From the NCBI GenBank assembly GCA_913060875.1, contig CAJXSL010000001.1, forward strand, positions 1,079,398 through 1,143,397: a stretch of DNA of 64,000 bases, given 5' to 3'. Source of the DNA: an uncultured Desulfobacteraceae bacterium (GTDB taxonomy: Bacteria; Desulfobacterota; Desulfobacteria; Desulfobacterales; UBA5852). Positions 38,825 through 48,114 of the stretch are shown here, piece by piece. The notes under the pieces were generated by a model. It searched no databases. It saw only the letters and a list, made by a program, of their open reading frames with translations, and was not told where the DNA came from. Numbering within the stretch: the stretch's first letter is position 1; every line of letters begins with the position of its first letter. Made by a program: the position numbers and the translations under genes.

Positions 38825-39835
38825 TTACGCAAGGGCGGCAACACCGATTGCCTGTCGAATCTGTCGGAGAAATGGTCGACTGTACTCCCGGGCCTTGCGG
38901 GCACCCTCTTGAAGCACCTTTTCAATATCCTGCGGGTGCTCAATGAGATCCGCATAACGTTCACGCGGCGCCTTGAGGTGATCGTTCAGATATTCAAATA
39001 AATACTGCTTCATCTCGCCCCAGCCAATTCCCTCGGCATAACGCTGCCGCAAGGCGTTGGTTTCGTCGGGCTTGGCAAACGCCTGGAAAATTTGAAAAAG
39101 GGTACATGTTTCCGGATCCTTGGGTGCTTCCGGAGGCAGGGAATTGGTTTTGATTTTCATGATCAGCTTGCGAAGCTTTTTTTCAGGGATGAAGAGGGGG
39201 ATCGTATTGTTGTAGCTTTTACTCATTTTCCGCCCGTCCAGCCCTTGCAGAACAGCGGTTTTATCGTCCGTGACCGCTTCCGGCAGAACAAATGTCGTCC
39301 CATACAGATGATTGAAGCGGGCAGCAATGTCCCGGGCCATTTCAAGATGTTGGATCTGATCTTTTCCCACCGGGATCCGGGAGGCTTTGAACATGAGAAT
39401 GTCGGCTGCCATGAGGATGGGATAACTGAAAAGCCCCATGGTGATGCCCTTGTCCGGATCCTTGGCCTTGATGGCTTCGTTTTCCTGTACCGCGGCTTTG
39501 TAGGCATGGGCGCGGTTCATTAATCCTTTGGCGGTCATGCAGGTCAAGATCCACGTGAGCTCGGGGATCTCGGGGATATCGGTTTGCCGATAGAAAATGC
39601 ATGTTTCGGTATCCAGGCCCAGTGCCAGCCAGGTGGCGGCCACTTCCAGGGTTGACCGGCTTAAGATGTCAGGGTCTTGGCATTTTATGAGAGCATGGTA
39701 GTCGGCCAAGAAATAAAAAGACAGGACGTCAGGATTGCGACTGGCATCAATTGCCGGTCGAATGGCGCCGACGTAATTTCCGATATGAGGGGTGCCGGTG
39801 GTGGTGATGCCGGTCAACACGATATTTCGATTCAT
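38825..39835 (-). CDS. trpS: Tryptophan--tRNA ligase
   Basis: HIGN, YPILMAADIL, PVGKDQIQH and KMSKSY. Confidence 0.97.
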   Translation of the reverse strand: MNRNIVLTGITTTGTPHIGNYVGAIRPAIDASRNPDVLSFYFLADYHALIKCQDPDILSRSTLEVAATWLALGLDTETCIFYRQTDIPEIPELTWILTCMTAKGLMNRAHAYKAAVQENEAIKAKDPDKGITMGLFSYPILMAADILMFKASRIPVGKDQIQHLEMARDIAARFNHLYGTTFVLPEAVTDDKTAVLQGLDGRKMSKSYNNTIPLFIPEKKLRKLIMKIKTNSLPPEAPKDPETCTLFQIFQAFAKPDETNALRQRYAEGIGWGEMKQYLFEYLNDHLKAPRERYADLIEHPQDIEKVLQEGARKAREYSRPFLRQIRQAIGVAALA

Positions 39836-39884
39836 ATGCGCCCTTTGTCTCCGTTTAAACCGTCCTAATGGACGGGTTGGCGGG

Positions 39885-42566
39885 TTATGCAGTTAACGGA
39901 TCGATAAGGCGCCGGGCAAATTCCATCTCTTCTTTGCGGGTTTCCAGGTGCCCGTTCAGCTTTTGATCCCGAATGGCATCCAGAATATGGCGGTAACGCG
40001 GCCCCGGAGGCAAACCTAAGGCGCGCAAATCCCTGCCCTTCAATAAAGGCTCCACGAATCTGAGGTGCACACAATAGTGGGATATCGCCTTGCGCACGCG
40101 CTCCGTTCGGGCCGCCGCCATCATATAAAGCACCAGCTCGATACGAAAAGGCGCGAGTTCGCGGTAAATGAGGCTGTTGTCCAGCCGGGATTTACGCTCC
40201 AGCGCAGCCAGGCTTCTTTCCGCAGCGAATCGCTCTTTGCTGAAAATGGTCGTTAAGCTCGGCGCCAGTTCAAACCGTCGGCAAATATCTCGCGTGGTTT
40301 GCGTGCCGCACGGTTGGATCAAGCCCATGAAATAAACGGCCCACTTCATATAGGATTCTTCAAGAAAAAGCAAATCATACCAGGAAACAACCTTTTTGAT
40401 CGACGTGAACAAAAGGACCAGCGGGTCCGTCAGTTCGATGGATGGATGGATGACTTTCAACAGGTCAAAATCCTTGAGGCGCACAATGGCAGGGGTGGGA
40501 TTTTCCTCCGTCAGGATTTGCCGCAGTTCTGAAAATACCCGTTTGCCGCTCAAGCGCTGAAAAAAATCCATTCGAACGGCATTCCGGATCAGGTTGGCCG
40601 TAAGTTTGCCGATGCTGAAACCAAAACGCTGTTCAAAACGAATGGCCCTGAAAGCGCGTGTCGGGTCTTCGACGAAACTCAGATTGTGGAGGACACGAAC
40701 GGTTTTTTCCTTCAGGTCTTTTTGAGCGGTGAAAAAATCGATCAAGGTGCCGAATTTGTCCGGATTCAGTTGGATGCAAAGGGTGTTGATGGTAAAATCA
40801 CGCCGGAAAAGGTCCAGTTTCAGCGAACTCATTTCTACGGTGGGCAGGGCGGCAGGGAATTTATAATATTCCATTCGGGCGGAAGCGACATCGATTTTAA
40901 AACCATCCGGGAAGATGACGACGGCGGTACCGAATTTTTCGTGGGTATGCACCCGGGTGCCCATCTCTTTTGAGAATCGCCGAGCGAAAGCAATACCATC
41001 GCCTTCGATGACCACATCGATATCTTCATTGGAGCGGTAGAGAAAAAGATCCCGTACAAATCCGCCGATGACGTAGGCATTATAATTGAAGGCTTCGGCA
41101 GTTTTCCCGATTTTCTGCAATAGGCCCATTAGCCGTTCGCTCAACCGCTCGCGCATGAATTTCAGGATTACCCGGGTGCGGGCATGCACTGTGTGGGCTT
41201 GCGGATCGTCGGTTCGCCCGTTTTTTCGGCTGTAGCTTCGCACAATGAGGTTTAACAGATCGGTGCGGGTTATCACGCCCATCACGCCGGAAGGGTCCAC
41301 GACAGGGAGAATACGCTGCTTGTTTTCGATAATTTTTTCTTGAATTTCATCAAGGTCGGCGTCGGGAGCCACTTGGGCAATATCGGTGGTCATGTATTCG
41401 CTGACCTGCACCGCGTCCAAATGGTGATAGAGCGCCTTTTCGATGACCTGGCGTGTTATATACCCCATCAGTTTTGGATGATTGCGAATGGTTTGGATGA
41501 CGAGCAGAGCATTGATATTGTATCGGTTCAACAATTCGGCAGCCTGGGCACATGACCGATCGGCATCAACGAAAATGGGTGGCGCCGACATAACATCAGA
41601 CGCTTTGCGTTTTGGCTTAACGCGGGCATAGAGTGTGTCAACCAATTCGTGCTCAGTCTGGGCCAGCGCCTTTTTTTTCACCGATGCGGCGGCGGCATAG
41701 GCATGGCCCCCGCCACCAAACTCGGACAAAACCAAACCGGCATTTACCTCGGGGACACGACTGCGGGCCACGATATGAATCTTGTTGTCCATGCGCGCGA
41801 TGGCAAAGATGGCATCGATGTCCTCCATACGCATCATTTTATGAACCAGAAATGCGAAATCGGGCATGTAATGCGGTGTCGAAACGCTGGTGACCACCAC
41901 TTCAATGCCATGGATGTGGTGACGGATGGCCCTCTGGAAGAGATCATTGAGTAAGCTAACTTGTTCCGAGGTAATCTCGCGGGTGATCAAATTGGTAATG
42001 ATGTTGAGATTGGCACCTTTGGAAAGAAGCCAGGCTGCCGCCCTGAAATCTCGCTCCGTGGTCGATGGAAAGGTGAAAGAGCCTGTATCCTCATAGAGGC
42101 CAAGCCCCATGATCGTCGCTTCGTCCGCTGTTACGGATAGCCCTTTCTCTCTCAGTTTTTCCACCAGCAATGTGATATTGGCGCCTGTTGGTTCATGAAC
42201 GATATAATGCCCCTCGATGTCGTTCGAGGCCGAGGGGTGATGATCGTAGATATGGATTTCCAGGCCGGGCCGCTTCAAAAGGTCGGCCATTTTCCCAATA
42301 CGTTTGGCCTGTCGTGTGTCGACGAGAACAAGGCGCTTGACCTGGTCAAAATCAATCGCCTTGATATTGGCCATGTTAAAAAGATAAACCATTGAATCTA
42401 CGAAGAAGTTTCTTAAATTTCTTTCCTGTGAACCGGGGAATACGACCACGGCTTCAGGATATAACTTCTGGGCGGCCAGCAAGGATGCCATCGCATCAAA
42501 ATCAGCATTGATATGGGTGGTGATTACCGTAAGGTGCTGCTCGGGTTGGGTGCTTTGATCAGCCAC
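39885..42566 (-). CDS. DHH-DHHA1-CBS-poly(A) polymerase family tRNA nucleotidyltransferase (likely A-adding type)
   Basis: HINADFD, YDHH, DTGSF and GGGH; two CBS domains; GGFVRD, DIDVV, RRDFTIN and EDPTR. Confidence 0.9.
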   Translation of the reverse strand: MADQSTQPEQHLTVITTHINADFDAMASLLAAQKLYPEAVVVFPGSQERNLRNFFVDSMVYLFNMANIKAIDFDQVKRLVLVDTRQAKRIGKMADLLKRPGLEIHIYDHHPSASNDIEGHYIVHEPTGANITLLVEKLREKGLSVTADEATIMGLGLYEDTGSFTFPSTTERDFRAAAWLLSKGANLNIITNLITREITSEQVSLLNDLFQRAIRHHIHGIEVVVTSVSTPHYMPDFAFLVHKMMRMEDIDAIFAIARMDNKIHIVARSRVPEVNAGLVLSEFGGGGHAYAAAASVKKKALAQTEHELVDTLYARVKPKRKASDVMSAPPIFVDADRSCAQAAELLNRYNINALLVIQTIRNHPKLMGYITRQVIEKALYHHLDAVQVSEYMTTDIAQVAPDADLDEIQEKIIENKQRILPVVDPSGVMGVITRTDLLNLIVRSYSRKNGRTDDPQAHTVHARTRVILKFMRERLSERLMGLLQKIGKTAEAFNYNAYVIGGFVRDLFLYRSNEDIDVVIEGDGIAFARRFSKEMGTRVHTHEKFGTAVVIFPDGFKIDVASARMEYYKFPAALPTVEMSSLKLDLFRRDFTINTLCIQLNPDKFGTLIDFFTAQKDLKEKTVRVLHNLSFVEDPTRAFRAIRFEQRFGFSIGKLTANLIRNAVRMDFFQRLSGKRVFSELRQILTEENPTPAIVRLKDFDLLKVIHPSIELTDPLVLLFTSIKKVVSWYDLLFLEESYMKWAVYFMGLIQPCGTQTTRDICRRFELAPSLTTIFSKERFAAERSLAALERKSRLDNSLIYRELAPFRIELVLYMMAAARTERVRKAISHYCVHLRFVEPLLKGRDLRALGLPPGPRYRHILDAIRDQKLNGHLETRKEEMEFARRLIDPLTA

Positions 42567-42805
42567 GGTTTAAGTCCGATCCGATGGATGTCTTGAGGCC
42601 TTTTAAAGCAGGAGGACGTCGTACAGAAGTCCGCGTGCGCTTAAATGGAAATGTGACATAGAAAGAGCACTGAATCAAGGCGGTCGTGTGAAATCATCGT
42701 TATTTCTAAGGTGATACAAAGCGTATCGGCACCGTAAAAGTCGCCGATCGGAACGGGATAGAAAACGATGGGCGTGTTAAATCGCGAGGCGGATGGAGAT
42801 GGGAA

Positions 42806-42821
42806 TGGCATTTGCTATGCT
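42806..42821 (+). promoter_or_regulatory. Putative sigma54 promoter upstream of pilC
   Basis: TGGCATTTGCTATGCT, GG-N10-GC spacing; 277 bp upstream of pilC. Confidence 0.35.
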
Positions 42822-43097
42822 GTATTCGGCTGTGGTCGAGCTTAAAGTTGGTTTGTATGGACATTTTGAGGAGAGAATTGACAAACCCTATAAAATTTTA
42901 CTATTTTAGGAACTTACTATGGTTGCAGGGAGGGGTTCAATCCCACGGCGTCCAAACGCGTGGCCGGTGAGAACCGCCATCGCATAAGTTATATTGAGGT
43001 TCGATGATTTGTTCAAAAGGGATAGGGACAACCTGTTGACGCGGAATGATAGCGACGATATCGACTTGTTTCTCAATGTCATGAGGAGGGTATAGGT

Positions 43098-44306
43098 ATG
43101 CCGGTCTATCTTTGGACGGGAAAAAACAGAAAAGGCGAAACCCAGAAAGGGGAGATGGATGCGGCGAATGAAAACGCGGTTCGAAATCACCTGACGCGCA
43201 TCAAGGTAACGCCCATCAGGATCAAGAAAAAACCCAAAGACCTCTTTGAAAATGTAGCCTTTCTGCAACCAGGCGTCAAACAGAATGATGTCATTCTTTT
43301 CTGCCGGCAGTTTTCGACGATGATCGATGCCGGGCTGCCGATCATCCAGTGCCTTGATATCCTCCATAGCCAGCAGGAAAATCCCACGTTTAAAAAGATG
43401 TTAAAGACGATCAAGGAGAATGTCGAAAGCGGCAGCACCCTGGCCGAAGCACTAAAGGCATATCCCAAACAATTCGATGACCTGTTTGTGAACATGGTCC
43501 ATGCCGGGGAAATGGGCGGGATTCTGGATACGATTCTCAGACGGTTGTCGGCGTATATGGAAAAGGCGGCCAATTTAAAGCGTAAGGTCAAAGGCGCCAT
43601 GACATATCCCATCGTAACGCTTGTTATTGCGTTTGTCGTTTTGGCCGTTATTTTGATTTTCGTTATCCCTGTATTTCAGGAAATGTTTGCGGATTTCGGT
43701 TCCCAATTGCCGGTACCGACCCAGATTGTCGTGGCCATGAGTGAATTTGCCAAAGCCAATATCGGCTATACGATTTTAGCGCTGATATTGTTCGGATTTG
43801 CCTTCCGTCGATTTTACCGCACCGAGAAAGGGCGTTCCTTTGTTGATCGATCGGTGTTGCGGTTGCCTGTTTTTGGCGATTTGTTGCGCAAAGTTGCCGT
43901 CGCCAAGTTTACGCGAACCATGGGAACCATGTTGACCAGCGGGGTCGCCATTCTCGAAGCGCTTGATATTGTCGGTAAAACGTCCGGCAACAAGACGATC
44001 GAAGAGGCCATCATGAAAACGCGCAGTGGTATTTCGGAAGGACGCACGATGGCGGATCCCCTGACCGAAAGCGGTGTTTTCCCTTCGATGGTTTGCCAAA
44101 TGATATCCGTGGGTGAGGCCACGGGGGCGTTGGACGCCATGCTGGGTAAAATTGCCGATTTCTACGATGAAGAAGTCGACCAGGCCGTCGAAAACCTAAC
44201 GGCTTTGATAGAGCCCTTTATGTTGGTATTCCTGGGTGTAACCATCGGCGGTTTGGTAGTTGCCATGTACCTGCCGATTTTCAAGATGGCGGGAGCCATT
44301 TCCTAA
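43098..44306 (+). CDS. pilC: Type IV pilus platform protein (T2SSF family)
   Basis: RQFSTMIDAGLP, AGEMGGILD, KGAMTYP, VGEATGALD, IEP and AMYLPIF. Confidence 0.93.
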   Translation: MPVYLWTGKNRKGETQKGEMDAANENAVRNHLTRIKVTPIRIKKKPKDLFENVAFLQPGVKQNDVILFCRQFSTMIDAGLPIIQCLDILHSQQENPTFKKMLKTIKENVESGSTLAEALKAYPKQFDDLFVNMVHAGEMGGILDTILRRLSAYMEKAANLKRKVKGAMTYPIVTLVIAFVVLAVILIFVIPVFQEMFADFGSQLPVPTQIVVAMSEFAKANIGYTILALILFGFAFRRFYRTEKGRSFVDRSVLRLPVFGDLLRKVAVAKFTRTMGTMLTSGVAILEALDIVGKTSGNKTIEEAIMKTRSGISEGRTMADPLTESGVFPSMVCQMISVGEATGALDAMLGKIADFYDEEVDQAVENLTALIEPFMLVFLGVTIGGLVVAMYLPIFKMAGAIS

Positions 44307-44451
44307 CCCCCATCCCGGAGACGAAGGCTGTACGGCGGACCCATCGACAATGAATAAAAACGCCTGTGAGGCGGAATAAACTCACCCGGATAGCATGCCG
44401 TTTCTGGATGGGCTGCCACCGGGGACCGTTCCCGATTTTTGCATATCTTAA

Positions 44452-45756
44452 ATGAATTTGTCCCCCGAACCCCGGAACGAATTGCAGCAGAAACTGCAAT
44501 GGTTGATTTTTTCAAGAGCCATTTTTACGGCGCTTTTGTTCGGGTCGACCATTTTTATCCATATCAACCGCCTTGATGCCACCTTTGATTTTTCCCTTTT
44601 TATCCTTTACGGCATAATTGTTGCGTTATTTGTTCTGTCCTTCTTCTATGCTTTTTTCCGGCCGCGCGTCCGGCGCGAAGTGCTGTTTGCCTACATCCAG
44701 ATAGTCATCGACAGTATCGTGGTGACCCTTGTGATTTTTGTGACCGGAAGTTTCGACAGTATCTTCTCTTTTCTTTATCTTGTCATCATTATCTATACCA
44801 GCATGCTGCTCTACAGGCGGGGCAGTTTATTTATCGCCGGGTTGTGCAGCCTGTTTTACTTCGCATTGGTGGAAATGGAGTATTGGGGGTGGATACGGCC
44901 GTTTGATTTCGGCAGTAAGATCAACACACCGAATTATGACTGGCAATATGTTTTGTACAAAGTTGTTATAACAAGTGTGGCATGTTTTGCGGTGGCCTTT
45001 TTAAGCAGCCTCCTGGCGGAACAGGCACGGCGAACCCGCAAAGAATTGCAGGCCATGGGGGCCCGTGTCCGAAGGGTTGAAAAAATGGCTGCCGTTGGTG
45101 AGATGGGGGCTGGCCTGGCCCATGAAATTAAAAATCCTCTCGCCTCCATTTCAGGTTCTATTCAGCTCTTGCGCGAAGAAATGCCCTATGATGTAGGGCG
45201 CGATAAGCTCATGCGGATAATCCTGCGGGAAGCGGATCGTTTGAGTGCGCTGGTTGGCAATTTTCTTCTGTTTGCCCGCCCCCCATCGGGCAAAAACAAG
45301 CCGATTTCGCTAGACCAAGCCATCCCGGAGACAGTTAGTCTGTTTCAAAAGGACAAACGCTGTCGGGGACGAATTCAAATTCACCAAGGAGGGCAAAAAG
45401 GCTTGTGGGTGGCAATGGATCCCGACCATTTTCGCCAGGTCTTATGGAACCTGCTGTTGAACGCCGTTGAAGCCATTGATGGGGAAGGGTGGATTGGCGT
45501 CCAGGTCGAGTCGGAAAAAACCCGCCAAGTCAGCATAATGATTAAAGATAGTGGCTGCGGCATCCCAGAAAAGAATATCAACCATATCTTTGACCCTTTT
45601 TTTACCAGCAAGCCGGATGGGACGGGATTAGGCTTATCCATCGTTCATTCAATCCTTGAATCCTATAACGGCTGGCTGGAGGTGGATAGCGGGGCTGACG
45701 AGGGGACCACATTCACTATAAAACTTGATCGAATGGCGTCCCCGCCTGCGCCTTGA
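44452..45756 (+). CDS. pilS: PilS-like membrane sensor histidine kinase
   Basis: About 6 TM segments; H-box AHEIKNPL, N-box NLLLNA, DSGCG, FDPFF and GTGLGL; follows pilC. Confidence 0.8.
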   Translation: MNLSPEPRNELQQKLQWLIFSRAIFTALLFGSTIFIHINRLDATFDFSLFILYGIIVALFVLSFFYAFFRPRVRREVLFAYIQIVIDSIVVTLVIFVTGSFDSIFSFLYLVIIIYTSMLLYRRGSLFIAGLCSLFYFALVEMEYWGWIRPFDFGSKINTPNYDWQYVLYKVVITSVACFAVAFLSSLLAEQARRTRKELQAMGARVRRVEKMAAVGEMGAGLAHEIKNPLASISGSIQLLREEMPYDVGRDKLMRIILREADRLSALVGNFLLFARPPSGKNKPISLDQAIPETVSLFQKDKRCRGRIQIHQGGQKGLWVAMDPDHFRQVLWNLLLNAVEAIDGEGWIGVQVESEKTRQVSIMIKDSGCGIPEKNINHIFDPFFTSKPDGTGLGLSIVHSILESYNGWLEVDSGADEGTTFTIKLDRMASPPAP

Positions 45757-46165
45757 CTCTTGGCTTAAAATAGTCTAATTTGCACGATCTCATCCCATTT
45801 TTGCAATGAAATTCAACGCATTGTAATGATGGGATTTTTTGTGACAATACGTTTGCCCGGACCGACTGGTTTGTTACGCATATCCACGTGCTGTCTGACG
45901 GGGAGGATAACGCATATTTGAAAGGTGCAGACACGCAAGAGCCAATGAATATGATCTGATTGACCAGGTGTAGCGTATCCCCTATAACGATATGGCATGG
46001 ATCATTATCGTTGCGGGAAAACGTGGATATTAATCCAATAGAGATTTGCCTGATTTTGCGCATTCCCCAGCTATGAATTTAGAACTACGGTAATCGTAAG
46101 CTGTGCAGGCCGGGCTTGATTAACTGGGGAATGGTTTTTTCTATAGAATAGGTGATGATATCCGG

Positions 46166-47401
46166 ATGGGTTTCGAGTTTTTTATAGGGCGGCGCTATCT
46201 CCGAGCCCGGAGAAAACAGGCGTTTATTTCGCTGATCAGTATCCTTTCCACGGCAGGTGTGACCGTCGGCGTCATGGCGCTTATTGTTGTTATCGCGGTC
46301 ATGGCAGGTGCCCAAACGGAATTCCGATCCCGAATTCTGGGGGTCGATTCGCACGCCATTCTCATGCGTTATGGTGGCGAAATTTCCAACTATCGTGACC
46401 TCATTGAAAAAGTCCGGCGTGAAGAGGGGGTACTGTCGGTTCGACCCTTTATATATGCCCAGTCCATGCTGCGATCTTCGTCTGGGGCATCAGGTGTGGT
46501 ACTTAAAGGTATTGATCCGCCCTCTGAAGTGGAGGACGGTATCGATGGTTTAGGGGAAGCTTTTCGGAAACTTTATGCCGTCCCCCAGGGGGGCAACCAA
46601 GGAAACCATAGCGCACCGATTGTACTTGGTAAAGAGCTCGGTCGAAAGCTTAATGTGGCGGAAGGGGATACGGTTTATCTTATCTCTTTTAGGGGAATGG
46701 TTTCCCCCATTGGCCATGTGCCGGCCATGAAACGATACCGGGTGGCCGGTTTCTTTGCTTCAGGAATGTATCAGTTCGATGAAGCCTATGCATTTGTGCA
46801 GCTGCCCGATGCCCAGAGCATGCTAAAACTTGGAGATGCCGTCAGTGGCCTTGAAATAAGAGTCAACGATATCTATCAGGCGGACAGCGTGGCTGAGCGA
46901 ATACAGAATCATCTGGGATTTCCTTACTGGACGAAAGACTGGATGCAAATGAACGCCAATCTTTTTTTCGCCCTCAAACTTGAAAAAACGGCCATGTTTG
47001 TCATTTTGACGCTTATCGTTCTGGTGGCGGCATTCAATATCGCCAGTACACTTATTATGATGGTGATGAAAAAAACGAAAGATATCGCGATACTGAAAGC
47101 AATGGGGGCCACGGATGGCATTATCATGCGTATTTTTGTCATCAAGGGGATGGTCATTGGCGGAATCGGTACGCTGCTTGGTGTCATCTTTGGGATCGTC
47201 ATTTGTTTTGTTTTAAAGCATTATCCTTTCATCAAGCTGCCCGGCAATATTTATTATTTCACTACGTTGCCGGTCCAGCTTCAGGTTGCGGATGTGGCTA
47301 CGATAGCACTGGCTGCCATCGGAATTTGCTTTATTGCGACATTGTACCCGGCCAGGCAGGCTGCGCGTCTTAATCCCGTGGATGCTATTCGGTATGGTTA
47401 G
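46166..47401 (+). CDS. Lipoprotein-releasing ABC permease LolC/E
   Basis: [39 protein letters not shown] and YPARQAA. Confidence 0.93.
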   Translation: MGFEFFIGRRYLRARRKQAFISLISILSTAGVTVGVMALIVVIAVMAGAQTEFRSRILGVDSHAILMRYGGEISNYRDLIEKVRREEGVLSVRPFIYAQSMLRSSSGASGVVLKGIDPPSEVEDGIDGLGEAFRKLYAVPQGGNQGNHSAPIVLGKELGRKLNVAEGDTVYLISFRGMVSPIGHVPAMKRYRVAGFFASGMYQFDEAYAFVQLPDAQSMLKLGDAVSGLEIRVNDIYQADSVAERIQNHLGFPYWTKDWMQMNANLFFALKLEKTAMFVILTLIVLVAAFNIASTLIMMVMKKTKDIAILKAMGATDGIIMRIFVIKGMVIGGIGTLLGVIFGIVICFVLKHYPFIKLPGNIYYFTTLPVQLQVADVATIALAAIGICFIATLYPARQAARLNPVDAIRYG

Positions 47402-47429
47402 GGATGCCAGAACCGTGACGGAGCAACCG

Positions 47430-48104
47430 ATGGTGCATATTGATGCCCTTTCGAAAAGCTATCCCGCTGCGGCGGGGAGCAGGATCGAAATTCTCAAGGG
47501 AATCGATCTGACGCTATCCCCTGGGGATTCGCTTGCTGTCGTGGGGGCTTCAGGAATTGGTAAATCGACCCTTTTGCAAATATTGGGAACGCTTGATCGC
47601 CCGGACAGCGGGCGACTGTATTTCAAGGGCGTCGATGTGTTCAAAATGAACAATGACAGCCTGGCAAAGTTCCGGAATCAATCGGTCGGATTCGTTTTCC
47701 AGTTTCATCACCTTCTGCCGGAGTTTACCGCGGTGGAAAATGTGATGATGCCGGTTCTCATCCGGGGTGATAAGCGGCAGACGGCGCGTCGGCAGGCGGT
47801 TAAATTTCTGGAACGGGTAGGATTGGCCCAACGCTTGGAACACCGTGTAACGGATTTGTCTGGCGGTGAGCAACAGCGTGTCGCTCTGGCGCGAGCCTTG
47901 ATTTTAAGACCCGCTATTTTGTTGGCGGATGAGCCGACGGGGAACTTGGATAAACAGACCGGCAAGCGGATGCACCAGTTGCTTATTGAGTTAAACCGGG
48001 AGATGCAGATGACGTTGGTTGTCGTGACCCACAATCCGGATTTAGCGGCCATGATGGGACGACGAATTACGATCGCGGATGGCAAACTCGTTGAGTTGGA
48101 GTGA
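47430..48104 (+). CDS. lolD: Lipoprotein-releasing ABC ATPase
   Basis: [27 protein letters not shown] and ADEPTGNLD. Confidence 0.93.
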   Translation: MVHIDALSKSYPAAAGSRIEILKGIDLTLSPGDSLAVVGASGIGKSTLLQILGTLDRPDSGRLYFKGVDVFKMNNDSLAKFRNQSVGFVFQFHHLLPEFTAVENVMMPVLIRGDKRQTARRQAVKFLERVGLAQRLEHRVTDLSGGEQQRVALARALILRPAILLADEPTGNLDKQTGKRMHQLLIELNREMQMTLVVVTHNPDLAAMMGRRITIADGKLVELE

Positions 48105-48114
48105 GGAGCAGGGA

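Noticed and set aside
45757..46165. 400-bp gap between pilS and lolC/E as an ncRNA or small gene
   Set aside because: No convincing promoter-terminator pair, RNA motif or protein-like ORF was recognised.
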